From an uncultured Elusimicrobiales bacterium (GTDB taxonomy: Bacteria; Elusimicrobiota; Elusimicrobia; Elusimicrobiales; CAZFMJ01): a stretch of 64,000 nt of DNA. A program made the translations under genes and the position numbers. The notes under the pieces are model-generated. The model ran no database searches and was not told the DNA's origin. It worked only from the letters and a program-made list of their open reading frames with translations. Numbering within the stretch: position 1 is the stretch's first letter; each line of letters opens with the position of its first letter. The DNA lies in the NCBI GenBank assembly GCA_964520045.1, contig CAZFMJ010000003.1, positions 10,272-74,271 of the forward strand. The letters are read 5' to 3'. Below are positions 9,532-18,315 of the stretch, one piece after another.

Positions 9532-9887
9532 TAAAACCTCCCGTGATGCATAATAAAATGAAAGGCTGTGATAATTTTTACTGCAGTAATACCCACAGTT
9601 TAGCATTTTAATTTTCGGTCTAAAATTCCATGCGGGCAGGGGGTAACGTAAAATGTTATGTGTAAGTTTGACTTAAGATAAAAAAAGGACCGCTATCCAA
9701 CTGCAGCTATGGAATCGACATAAGGAAGAGCGCTATGAATAAGACGGCAAAACGCGCCGCAGCGAAGCGGCGGCATAAGATTTAAACGCTCGGACGGATA
9801 CCCGCGATGCCGGCATCAGAGATGCCTTTGGCCGGAACATCCGCCGAACGCAAAGGAAGAACTTAAACCGCGGACAGGCATTGAGTT

Positions 9888-11276
9888 CTACGATTGAAGA
9901 TTAAACGATTTTTCGCTTTCCAAAATCGTTTTATTGTCCAAAGTGAAAGCAAAAATTACGCCTATTGCGAGCAGAATTGAACCGGCGACATAAGTGTATG
10001 TTGCGGCATCTCCTTTGTATGTATCCTTAATAAAAGCGGCGATCTGAGGTCCAACTATCCCCGCAACAGACCATGCCGTCAGTATGGTCCCGTATACCAC
10101 AGGCATCAGCTTTGCCGTAAATACATCTCCCACAAAAGACGGCATCGTGCCGAAACCTCCGCCGTAACAAAGCAGCACGTAACAAACCATGATCCCGAAA
10201 AGCCATGGATTTCCCACCCAGATAAGAGCTATAAAGACTAGTAATTGAGAAGCTAAAATTAAGCGGAACGCCTGAATTCTGCCGATTTTATCGGACAGAC
10301 CGCCCCAGAAGAAACGGCCTATTCCGTTAAATAATGAACTAATAGCGATCAGTGTTGCTCCGGCAACGGCTAACGCTGCGACATCCATTGAAGCCCCCGT
10401 TTTCTTTAACAGATCCTGCAGCATAGGAGACTGTAAGCCGATAAACATGATGCCGGCGGAAATGTTTAAGAAGAAAATAAGCCACATTCTGAAAAATTTG
10501 CTTGAAAGGATACACATTTTAGCGGTCAACTTATCTTCACTCGCCTGATTTGAAGCATTAGCCGCGGGAGGAGTAAAACCTGCCGGCGCATATCCGGCCG
10601 GAGGATTTTTCAAAACCAATGCGGCAGGAAGAGCAATAGCAAGTAAAATTACGCCGGCGTAAAAAAACACCGTCACCAATTGAGATTGAAGAGACGCCTG
10701 GACCACAGTGTCCACAAGCTTGCCGTCCACAAATGCTTCCGGCGGGATAGATTTCAAAACGCTGTTAAATCCGCCCATTAACGCGGGGGCGATGAACTTG
10801 GACATAATTAAGGCGCCAAGCCCGAATCCCATAACTACCATTCCCGTAATAAAGCCTTTTTTATCAGGGAACCATTTTGCGGCAGTGGCAACGGGAGTAA
10901 CATAACCAAGCCCTAATCCGCAGCCGCCTATGACGCCGTAGCCGATGTAAAGTAAAAATACGCTGTTTATCGACATGGCAAATGCGCTGATAAAATAGCC
11001 TGACGCAAATAAAATTGCCCCCATAACCGCTAATTTTTTAGGACCGAATTTGGCAAGATTCATACCTCCCCATGCAGCGGATAAGCCCAGAAAGCAAATG
11101 GCAAGACTAAAAATCCACATTACCTGCACGTTAGACCAACCGAAAGCGGTCATGATAGGTTTTTGAAAATAACTCCAGGCATAAACAGTTCCTAATGCAA
11201 GCTGCAGAACGGTCCCCATAATAGCTATCAGCCACCGATTGTGTTTTTCTGTTTCCATTTTTTTACCTGCCTCCAT
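9888..11276 (-). CDS. MFS transporter, oxalate/formate antiporter (OFA)-like family
   Basis: 462 aa with about 12 predicted TM segments. The N-terminus RWLIAIMGTVLQLALGTVYAWSYF is typical of OFA-type MFS proteins. Start could be 11276 or the second ATG at 11258. Confidence 0.65.
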   Translation of the reverse strand: MEAGKKMETEKHNRWLIAIMGTVLQLALGTVYAWSYFQKPIMTAFGWSNVQVMWIFSLAICFLGLSAAWGGMNLAKFGPKKLAVMGAILFASGYFISAFAMSINSVFLLYIGYGVIGGCGLGLGYVTPVATAAKWFPDKKGFITGMVVMGFGLGALIMSKFIAPALMGGFNSVLKSIPPEAFVDGKLVDTVVQASLQSQLVTVFFYAGVILLAIALPAALVLKNPPAGYAPAGFTPPAANASNQASEDKLTAKMCILSSKFFRMWLIFFLNISAGIMFIGLQSPMLQDLLKKTGASMDVAALAVAGATLIAISSLFNGIGRFFWGGLSDKIGRIQAFRLILASQLLVFIALIWVGNPWLFGIMVCYVLLCYGGGFGTMPSFVGDVFTAKLMPVVYGTILTAWSVAGIVGPQIAAFIKDTYKGDAATYTYVAGSILLAIGVIFAFTLDNKTILESEKSFNLQS

Positions 11277-11561
11277 TTTTTTGTTTGTTAATTTGAATTA
11301 TTAACTGATAATTAACCATGCAAATTCATTGCATACCGCAATATTACCATTTTTAGAGCAGCCTGGGTACCGGTTATTTTCTCTGTTATTTTCTCAATTC
11401 CGCATAAACACACCTTGAATTCAGGTATTTTTGCAACGGGGGCAACGGCAGGATTGGTTGTGGGATTTACAGCGCATTCCGCAAAATAAAACGGCGCGAG
11501 GACAACAGCCGCCGGAATACATGGATAACAATTATTTGGAAAACAAATCCGTATCTGGAAA

Positions 11562-12407
11562 TCAGATATCGCCCTGTGGAAGACGTTTTAACTGCTCAAG
11601 AGTGAAAACCGGCCCATCCTTACATACGTAAACACTGCCCACATTACACCTTCCGCACTTGCCCACGCCGCATTTCATGCGGTTTTCAAGCGTCGTATAT
11701 ATGTCGGGGGGACAAAATCCCAAGCCGGTCAATACAGGCATTGTCAGCTTTATCATTATCGGCGGACCGCATACTATCGCCGTGCAGTTTTTAGCCGCCG
11801 GAGCCAGTTCTTTCAGCACCGAGGGCACAAAACCTATCTTTCCTTTCCAGTCCGGGGTTTCGCCGTTCGGGTCAACCGTAACGGTAAGTTTGACATCCTT
11901 GCGCTGAGCCCATGTCTGGAGTTCGTTCTTATAGACCAGGTCGGCCGCGGTGCGCGCGCCGTAAACGATACAGACACTGCCGAATTCCGCTCTTCTGTCC
12001 AGGATATTCCAGATCACGCTTCTCATCGGGGGCAGCGCTATGCCGCCGGCTATAAAGAGCAGGTCTCTGCCGCGCCATGTATCGATCGGAAAAAAATTGC
12101 CGTAGGGGCCGCGGAAGGTTATTGTCTGGCCGGACTCTCTGCCAAAAAGGGCGCTTGTGACTCTGCCGGCCTTGCGGAAGGTGCACTCGATATAATCCGT
12201 CCGCGTGGGGGGGCTTGCCACGCAAAAAACACTTTCCCCCTCGCCCGGAAGACCGTATATTCCAAACATCCCGGTGCGGTAGTTCCTAAAAAAAGCTGTT
12301 TTGAAAGCTTCGTCCGTAAATTCCAGCATGAGCGTCCTCACGCATGGCGCTTCGTCCCTGGTTTCCGCAATCCGCATTATGGACGGCTGATATATATTTT
12401 CCGTCAT
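11562..12407 (-). CDS. flxA: FAD/NAD(P)-binding, [2Fe-2S] oxidoreductase subunit (FlxA / sulfhydrogenase gamma / AsrB-like)
   Basis: Ferredoxin-NADP-reductase-like fold with C-terminal CGVGKCGRCNVG cluster motif. Start placed at ATG 12407 (MTENIYQPSIMRI...), forming an ATGA overlap with the upstream stop. The track ORF extension overlaps flxB by 112 nt. Confidence 0.75.
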   Translation of the reverse strand: MTENIYQPSIMRIAETRDEAPCVRTLMLEFTDEAFKTAFFRNYRTGMFGIYGLPGEGESVFCVASPPTRTDYIECTFRKAGRVTSALFGRESGQTITFRGPYGNFFPIDTWRGRDLLFIAGGIALPPMRSVIWNILDRRAEFGSVCIVYGARTAADLVYKNELQTWAQRKDVKLTVTVDPNGETPDWKGKIGFVPSVLKELAPAAKNCTAIVCGPPIMIKLTMPVLTGLGFCPPDIYTTLENRMKCGVGKCGRCNVGSVYVCKDGPVFTLEQLKRLPQGDI

Positions 12408-13429
12408 TTTTTTGTTGTGGTTCCTTTTTTCGGAATAGACCCTATCCTTTCGCATACTTCGCAAATGGACATGCCGGACTGGCACACCCTGGCGCACCTG
12501 CCGCAGCCGGTGCAAAGGAGCATCCCGAATCTGTCGTGGAAATAACGGAATTTATGCATGATCCTTTGCCTGAAGCGCGCGGACTGATCGGGCCTCGGAT
12601 TGTGTCCGCCGGCATGCAGGGTGAAAAGGCCGAACCCGCACGAGTCCCAGTTGCGGGCCCTTACGCTTTTTTTATGGTTTCCCTCGTCTTGAATGTCAAA
12701 GCAGTGACATGTCGGACAGGTATACGCGCAGGCGCCGCATCCGAGGCAGGCAATGCCCGCCTCCTGCCAGAAAGGCGAGTCGAAATTGCCGCCGAGCCAT
12801 GATGTCACGGCTTGCGCGTCAAACCGCACCGGAACCTGCGCCGCCGCGCCGGGCGCGGCCGCTTCCGGCAGGAGGAGTTCCCCAGCCGCTTCAACGATTT
12901 CCCGCCCCTTGTCCGTTAAAGCTTCGAGCAGGAATTTGCCGCCGGCGGATATAAGCGCGGCATCCGCCCCAGCCATAGAATCCGGTTTCACTCCCACACT
13001 GGTGCAGAAGCAATATTCGTCGTGGGAAACGCAGGCAAGGCTCACCACGGTCATGGCAGCGCGCTTCGAGTTGTATAATTCGTCTTTAAAATCCCAGTTA
13101 AACACCGCGTCCAGCGCTTTGAGCGCGGCCAGATCGCACGGCCTAACGCACAGGCAAACCGTCCTGGGATTTCCGGTCCCCAGCTTTTCCTGTTTAAACG
13201 AGTTGCCCTCATGGGAGTACTTGGCTATTATCTCGCTCATGGGAAAAAGAAAATCCTTGATTGAATTGCCGGGGATGGCCGCTGTCTCTATCTTGTCCGC
13301 GGGCTGCCATTGGGCAAAGCGGACCCTGCCTTCGCGGGCAACGGGCGCAACGACGATCCAGCCTCTCTTTGACAGGCTGGAGGCCAGTTCCGGCAGCTTC
13401 CCCGCATCGAATCCTTTTTTTGGCGTCAT
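12404..13429 (-). CDS. flxB: 4Fe-4S protein (FlxB / sulfhydrogenase beta / AsrA-like)
   Basis: 341 aa with CLGCGACAYTCPTCHCFD and CTGCGRCARVCQ motifs. Paralogous in pattern to ORF 28217-29272. Confidence 0.7.
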   Translation of the reverse strand: MTPKKGFDAGKLPELASSLSKRGWIVVAPVAREGRVRFAQWQPADKIETAAIPGNSIKDFLFPMSEIIAKYSHEGNSFKQEKLGTGNPRTVCLCVRPCDLAALKALDAVFNWDFKDELYNSKRAAMTVVSLACVSHDEYCFCTSVGVKPDSMAGADAALISAGGKFLLEALTDKGREIVEAAGELLLPEAAAPGAAAQVPVRFDAQAVTSWLGGNFDSPFWQEAGIACLGCGACAYTCPTCHCFDIQDEGNHKKSVRARNWDSCGFGLFTLHAGGHNPRPDQSARFRQRIMHKFRYFHDRFGMLLCTGCGRCARVCQSGMSICEVCERIGSIPKKGTTTKK

Positions 13430-14283
13430 TTTATAAAAGTGTTGTCATCTTCAGCCGACCATGAGCCGATGAACGGCTTTTCAGCCGGGTCATAACCGGC
13501 CTTTGTTTTGAATTCTTCCATAACGATAGAATCGATCTTCGCGTTGAAAAGCATGAGCGGTATTCCCTGCGGGCAGGCCGACTCGCAGGAACCGCATAAC
13601 ACGCAGCGTCCGGCAAGATGGAACGCCCTGATGATGTTCCATGCGTAATTGCCGCGGCTGTCCGCCATGGAAGAGATCCATTGAGGGACGTTTTTCTCAA
13701 CGATGCAGCGCCGGCAGTAGCAGGCGGGGCATGCCGCCCTGCACGCGTAACATCTTGTGCACTTTGAGAACTGCAGCCGCCAGAACTCCGCTCTTTCTTC
13801 CGTTGTCATCAAATCCAGTTTGGAGACAGCTTCAAGAAGATCTTTGTCCGTGGAGAGATCGGAGTATTTTTCTTTCAACAGCTTGCTTGTCCCGGACAGG
13901 TCCAGCGCCCCATGATATTCTTTGGGCCCCGCCGCCAGTATAAACACGTCCTTTTCCTGCAGCTGTGATTCAGCGGCCAGCAGGACCATACTGCGGCAGA
14001 CGGCGGGGGACGCTACTACGGCCGCCGGGAATTGTCTGCGGATCTCGGGCTTGTGCAGATAGGCCGCAAGATTCTTTGTGCAAAGTTTATCATGCACAAG
14101 TCCGGAGACTTTGCCGGGCTCGATGATGAAAACGGGCTGCCGTCCGGCGCCCTTAACCTGGTGGCCGATGACCAGTTTAACCCTGCCTTCAGCGAGGAGT
14201 CTTTCCGCATCGGCGCGCACCGCTTCAATGAAGTTCACCGGCGCCGATGTCTGCTTAGGCTCAGTGTCAGGAGCTATGCTCAT
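13426..14283 (-). CDS. flxC: 4Fe-4S dicluster protein (FlxC-like)
   Basis: 285 aa with CTRCYACRAACPACYCRRC and CVLCGSCESACP motifs. Positioned between the flxB-like and mvhD-like genes, as in flx-hdr clusters. Confidence 0.6.
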   Translation of the reverse strand: MSIAPDTEPKQTSAPVNFIEAVRADAERLLAEGRVKLVIGHQVKGAGRQPVFIIEPGKVSGLVHDKLCTKNLAAYLHKPEIRRQFPAAVVASPAVCRSMVLLAAESQLQEKDVFILAAGPKEYHGALDLSGTSKLLKEKYSDLSTDKDLLEAVSKLDLMTTEERAEFWRLQFSKCTRCYACRAACPACYCRRCIVEKNVPQWISSMADSRGNYAWNIIRAFHLAGRCVLCGSCESACPQGIPLMLFNAKIDSIVMEEFKTKAGYDPAEKPFIGSWSAEDDNTFIK

Positions 14284-14743
14284 CAGACGGCCTCCCTGCC
14301 GGATTGTGATTTTTAAAAGAGCCCGCGGTTTTGACCCTTGCGGTTATGCCGCTGATCAATTCGGCGAATTTTCGTCCTTCCGCCGCCGAAACCCAGCTGA
14401 AAAAAAGCCTGTTCTCGCCTATTCCCGTGAATGCAAGCATCTTGCGGAAAATTGCCCAGCGCCTGCGCGCGTGGTAGTTGCCGTTCGTGTAATGGCAGTC
14501 GCCCGGATGGCAGCCGCTCACCAGTACGGCGTCGGCTCCGCCCTCAAAAGCTTTAAGTATAAAAAGCGGGTCTATTCGTCCCGTGCAGGGAAGCTTGATG
14601 ATCCTGATGTTAGGGGGATACTGTATGCGGCTGGTGCCGGTAAGATCAGCCCCTGCGTATGTGCACCACGTGCAGACAAAGACCGTTATTTTAGGTTCAA
14701 ATCCCGTTTCCGTGCGTTCTTCCGCTGTTGGGGTCATATTCAT
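14267..14743 (-). CDS. flxD: MvhD-like protein (FlxD)
   Basis: 158 aa with VFVCTWCTYAGADLTG...LPCTGRIDP...GCHPGDCHY. 4-nt overlap with the stop of the second hdrA. Confidence 0.8.
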   Translation of the reverse strand: MNMTPTAEERTETGFEPKITVFVCTWCTYAGADLTGTSRIQYPPNIRIIKLPCTGRIDPLFILKAFEGGADAVLVSGCHPGDCHYTNGNYHARRRWAIFRKMLAFTGIGENRLFFSWVSAAEGRKFAELISGITARVKTAGSFKNHNPAGRPSDEHSS

Positions 14744-16716
14744 TCAAGCGCCGCTATTTCCGAAAATATCTGTTCGTCGGTATAGCCGTCGAGCTCTATG
14801 CTGTTCGATCGGCAGACAGCCGCGCATGTTCCGCAGCCCTGACATAGGCCTTCATTGACTTCCGCCACGATATTGACCGTTTTGCCCGTTTTATCCTTAA
14901 TCTCCAGATCGGTTATGGCCTTATACGGGCACGCGCATATGCACGCCCTGCAGTGAACGCAGGTAACGCCGTTTACGCGCGCGATAATGGGTTCCCGCTC
15001 AAGCTGGGGGGTTGAAAACAGTCCCAGCACCTTTGCTGCAGAGGCGGAGGCCTGCGCCACGCTGTCCGGTATATCTTTCGGAGCCTGGCAGGCCCCTGCG
15101 AGATAGACTCCGGCCGCCGAGGTTTCGACCGGCCTGAGTTTCGGATGAGCCTCGCTGTAGAATCCATCCTCGTCGTAGTTCACGCCTAGCATCCGGGCAA
15201 GACGGGCGGAACCGTGCCTCGGCACTACGGCGTCCGCCAGAACCACCATATCCGCCTCTATGACCGCCGGCCGACCGGTAAGGGTGTCTGCCCCTTTCAC
15301 AATCAATTTGCCGTCCTTGCGCCTGTATATCCTGCTGACGCGGCCGCGTATATACTCAACGCCGTCCGCCTCTATAGCCCGGCGGACGAATTCCTCGTAG
15401 CCCTTGCCCGCGGCGCGGATGTCCATATAGAAGATAACCGCTCTCCCGTCATGGACTTTGTGCCGGTAGAGCATCGCATGTTTGGCCGAATACATACAGC
15501 AGATCTTCGAGCAGTATTTTTTCCCGGCCTTGTCGTCGCGGCTGCCGCAACATTGGATAAAGACCACGGTTTCCGGAACGGAGCTGTCGCTCGGCCTCCG
15601 GATCTCCCCGCTTGTCGGGCCGCTTGCTGAAGCAAGCCGTTCGAAGGCGAAGCCGTCGATGACGTCCTTCAAGCTCCCGCCTCCGTACTCTTTATACGCC
15701 GAATGGTCCCACAATTCGAACCCTGTGGCCAGGACTATCGCTCCTGCCTTTATCTTAACCAGCTTGTCCTGGTCTTTGAAATCTATAGCGTTTTTTTGGC
15801 AGACCTTGGCGCACAGCCCGCACGCGCCTTTAGCGAGCATTAGGCACTCCGTGCTGTCTATTACCGGCTTGTTGGGCACCGCCTGCGGGAACGGCACGTA
15901 AATAGCGGCTCTTGTCCCGAGCCCCGCGTTGAATTCATCTGGTATCTTTTTTCTGGGACACTTGTTCCAGCAGTCGCCGCAGCCGGTGCACTTGGAGGGA
16001 TCCACATACATGGCTTTACAGCGGACGGTTACCTCGAAATTACCCACGAAACCTTCAACCGACTCAATCTCGCTATACGTCATCAGCGTGATATTGGGAT
16101 GGCTTGCGGCCTCAACCATACGCGGAGTCAGTATGCACTGGCTGCAATCCAGTGTGGGGAAGGTTTCGCTAAGTCTCGCCATATGGCCGCCGATCGAGGG
16201 GCTTTTTTCTACCAAGATGACTTTTTTTCCTCCGCCGGCGATGTCAAGCGCCGCCTGGATGCCCGCAATGCCGCCGCCTATGACAAGAGCGGTCGGTTCA
16301 ACAGGAACGCGTATCGGATAAAGAGCGCGGTTTCTTATTGTTTTGGCGACCATTACCCGCACAAGGTCTATGGCCTTTTTGGTGGCTTTTGCCCTGTCGT
16401 CGTGCACCCATGAGCAGTGCTCGCGGATATTCGCCATTTCAAGCATATATGGGTTAAGCCCGGCCGCGGCCGCGGCGCTGCGGAAAGTCCGTTCGTGCAT
16501 GCGCGGGCTGCATGCCGCGACTACAACTCCAGTGAGGTTTTTTTCAACTATGGCTTTTTTTATAAGCTGTTGACCGGGATCGGAGCACATGTATTTGTAG
16601 TCCGTGCTGTATGCTACTCCAGCCATTGCGCCGGCGGCACGGGCAACTTCCGCACAGTCAACACTTCGGGCTATGTTTTCCCCGCAGTGGCAGACAAATA
16701 CTCCTACTCTGGCCAT
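14740..16716 (-). CDS. hdrA: Heterodisulfide reductase subunit A-like flavoprotein, second copy
   Basis: 658 aa with VFVCHCGENIAR, IGGGIAGI and multiple ferredoxin Cys motifs. Collinear with ORF 6073-8079. Confidence 0.9.
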   Translation of the reverse strand: MARVGVFVCHCGENIARSVDCAEVARAAGAMAGVAYSTDYKYMCSDPGQQLIKKAIVEKNLTGVVVAACSPRMHERTFRSAAAAAGLNPYMLEMANIREHCSWVHDDRAKATKKAIDLVRVMVAKTIRNRALYPIRVPVEPTALVIGGGIAGIQAALDIAGGGKKVILVEKSPSIGGHMARLSETFPTLDCSQCILTPRMVEAASHPNITLMTYSEIESVEGFVGNFEVTVRCKAMYVDPSKCTGCGDCWNKCPRKKIPDEFNAGLGTRAAIYVPFPQAVPNKPVIDSTECLMLAKGACGLCAKVCQKNAIDFKDQDKLVKIKAGAIVLATGFELWDHSAYKEYGGGSLKDVIDGFAFERLASASGPTSGEIRRPSDSSVPETVVFIQCCGSRDDKAGKKYCSKICCMYSAKHAMLYRHKVHDGRAVIFYMDIRAAGKGYEEFVRRAIEADGVEYIRGRVSRIYRRKDGKLIVKGADTLTGRPAVIEADMVVLADAVVPRHGSARLARMLGVNYDEDGFYSEAHPKLRPVETSAAGVYLAGACQAPKDIPDSVAQASASAAKVLGLFSTPQLEREPIIARVNGVTCVHCRACICACPYKAITDLEIKDKTGKTVNIVAEVNEGLCQGCGTCAAVCRSNSIELDGYTDEQIFSEIAALE

Positions 16717-17574
16717 TTATTTTGTTACCGTCCCCGTATTGATAAAGTGCCGGTCCAATCCCAATTCTTTAGGATTCAGCCCCGCCGCCAGGCCTAAAAG
16801 CTGGCTTAGATAAATTATAGGAAGATTATACGGTCCATGCCCCGCCTTGTTAATATCCCGCTGTCTCATGTCCAGGTTTGAGTGGCACATTGGACAGCCC
16901 GTGACGATAAAATCCGCGCCGAAAGCCTTTGCGTCGGAAAGCACGGCATTGGAAAGCTCCACAACAGCTCCGGTTTTTGACATACTCAATCCGCCGCCGC
17001 AGCATTCGGTAAGAAAATTCCATTGCACTATTTCGCAGCCGCTGGCCTTGATGGCCGCTTCCATGGAGGATGGATTCTCGCTGTCATCGCCTTCTATTAT
17101 CCCCTCGCCCCTGCTCAAAAGACAGCCGTAATAGGGAGCCGCGCGAAGTCCTTTCAGGGGAGTCTTCAGTTTGCCGGACAGTCCTTCCGCCAAAAGCATA
17201 TTCGCGAATTCGCTTATATTGATAACGCGAATCCCGCCGCTGTACGGCAGGCGCACTATTTTCTTAATATGCCCGGCCAGATCCGCGCTGCGCGCCAGAC
17301 GCACATTTGTCCCTTTAAGCCTTGAAAAACACGCCGCGCATGGCGCAAGGATATCTCTCAATCCCTGCGCTTCGCTGAGCGCAAGCACGCGGTACGGTAG
17401 AGCGACAGCCAAGTAGTGGTTGAGGCTGTGGGCCGCGGTGGCTCCGCAGCAGTTCCAGTCGGCTATTTCGCGCAGTTTGACTGACGCCGCGCCGGCCAGC
17501 GCCCGGATGGACATATCCAGTTCAACGGCTCCGCCGGAAAGAGAACACCCCGGATAATATCCCACCGTCCTCAT
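16717..17574 (-). CDS. hdrB: Heterodisulfide reductase subunit B-like, second copy
   Basis: 285 aa with YYPGCSL, NCCGATAAHS and ECCGGGL CCG motifs. Confidence 0.9.
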   Translation of the reverse strand: MRTVGYYPGCSLSGGAVELDMSIRALAGAASVKLREIADWNCCGATAAHSLNHYLAVALPYRVLALSEAQGLRDILAPCAACFSRLKGTNVRLARSADLAGHIKKIVRLPYSGGIRVINISEFANMLLAEGLSGKLKTPLKGLRAAPYYGCLLSRGEGIIEGDDSENPSSMEAAIKASGCEIVQWNFLTECCGGGLSMSKTGAVVELSNAVLSDAKAFGADFIVTGCPMCHSNLDMRQRDINKAGHGPYNLPIIYLSQLLGLAAGLNPKELGLDRHFINTGTVTK

Positions 17575-18212
17575 TTACCGCACCCCCTGCATTCGGAAAA
17601 TATCCTCTTTATCTCCCCGCGGCCGTTGATCCTGTGCGGTTTAAGCGGAAGTTTTCCCCGCATAAACATCGCGGGGCCAAGGTTTATATCGCTGAAAAAA
17701 TCCAGCGTCAACAGCTTGTAAAGCCCCACCAGCGGGATTTCGCTCATGCGGCCGGTGTGCTCTACGATTTTCAGGAAGGATTTATGAAACGCCAAAATCT
17801 TATCGGCAGAGGGGGATATCTTTCCCTGTTTAACGGATTCCTCCCTCGCTACGTCCATAACCGCGGCCGGGTCAAGTTTTTTGGGACAGCGCTGCGTGCA
17901 GGTCAGACAGCCGATGCAGTACCATATGGCTGAACTGCAAAGCGCCTCTTTTATGGACGCTTCCGCGCCTGTCTGTAAAAGCCGCATGATCTGATTGGGA
18001 CTAAAATCCATATGCTTTGCCATAGGACAGCCTGCGGTGCATTTACCGCATTGATAGCATTCGGAAAGATTGACGCCCGTGATTTTCCTGATTTTTTCAG
18101 ATAATACCGCTGGTTTTGACATAAATAATGCGTTATACGGATTTTGCAGTCTTGAGCAAACTGAACATGGCGCTGAATCTGCGCAGGATTTAGGCAAAGG
18201 CTGATATTTCAC
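17571..18212 (-). CDS. hdrC: Heterodisulfide reductase subunit C-like, second copy (start uncertain)
   Basis: CYQCGKCTAGCP and CIGCLTCTQRCP motifs. The track start at 18212 is a GTG. The ATG at 18122 (MSKPAVLSEKIRK...) gives a more typical 183-aa HdrC. Neither has a clear RBS. Confidence 0.75.
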   Translation of the reverse strand: MKYQPLPKSCADSAPCSVCSRLQNPYNALFMSKPAVLSEKIRKITGVNLSECYQCGKCTAGCPMAKHMDFSPNQIMRLLQTGAEASIKEALCSSAIWYCIGCLTCTQRCPKKLDPAAVMDVAREESVKQGKISPSADKILAFHKSFLKIVEHTGRMSEIPLVGLYKLLTLDFFSDINLGPAMFMRGKLPLKPHRINGRGEIKRIFSECRGCGK

Positions 18213-18258
18213 GGCCGCGGAATCAAAAAATCCAAAGGACGGCAGTTTCCGCTAACCA

Positions 18259-18287
18259 ATTATATATAATGCGCGGCGCGGTATCAA
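18259..18287 (-). promoter_or_regulatory. Sigma70-type promoter for the hdrCBA-flxDCBA operon
   Basis: Minus strand reads TTGATA (18287-18282), a 17-nt spacer, then TATAAT (18264-18259). This is 47 nt upstream of the GTG at 18212. Confidence 0.55.
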
Positions 18288-18290
18288 AAA

Positions 18291-18310
18291 CTGGGAACGC
18301 CTGGGAACGC
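18291..18310. repeat. Perfect tandem 10-mer CTGGGAACGC x2 just upstream of the -35 element
   Basis: ctgggaacgc at 18291-18300 and again at 18301-18310. Confidence 0.9.
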
Positions 18311-18315
18311 CGATC

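Noticed and set aside
9700-9790. A 16-codon ORF (MNKTAKRAAAKRRHKI) in the hdrC-MFS spacer as a possible leader peptide.
   Set aside because: It is on the opposite strand to both flanking genes, with no RBS and no associated attenuator structure.
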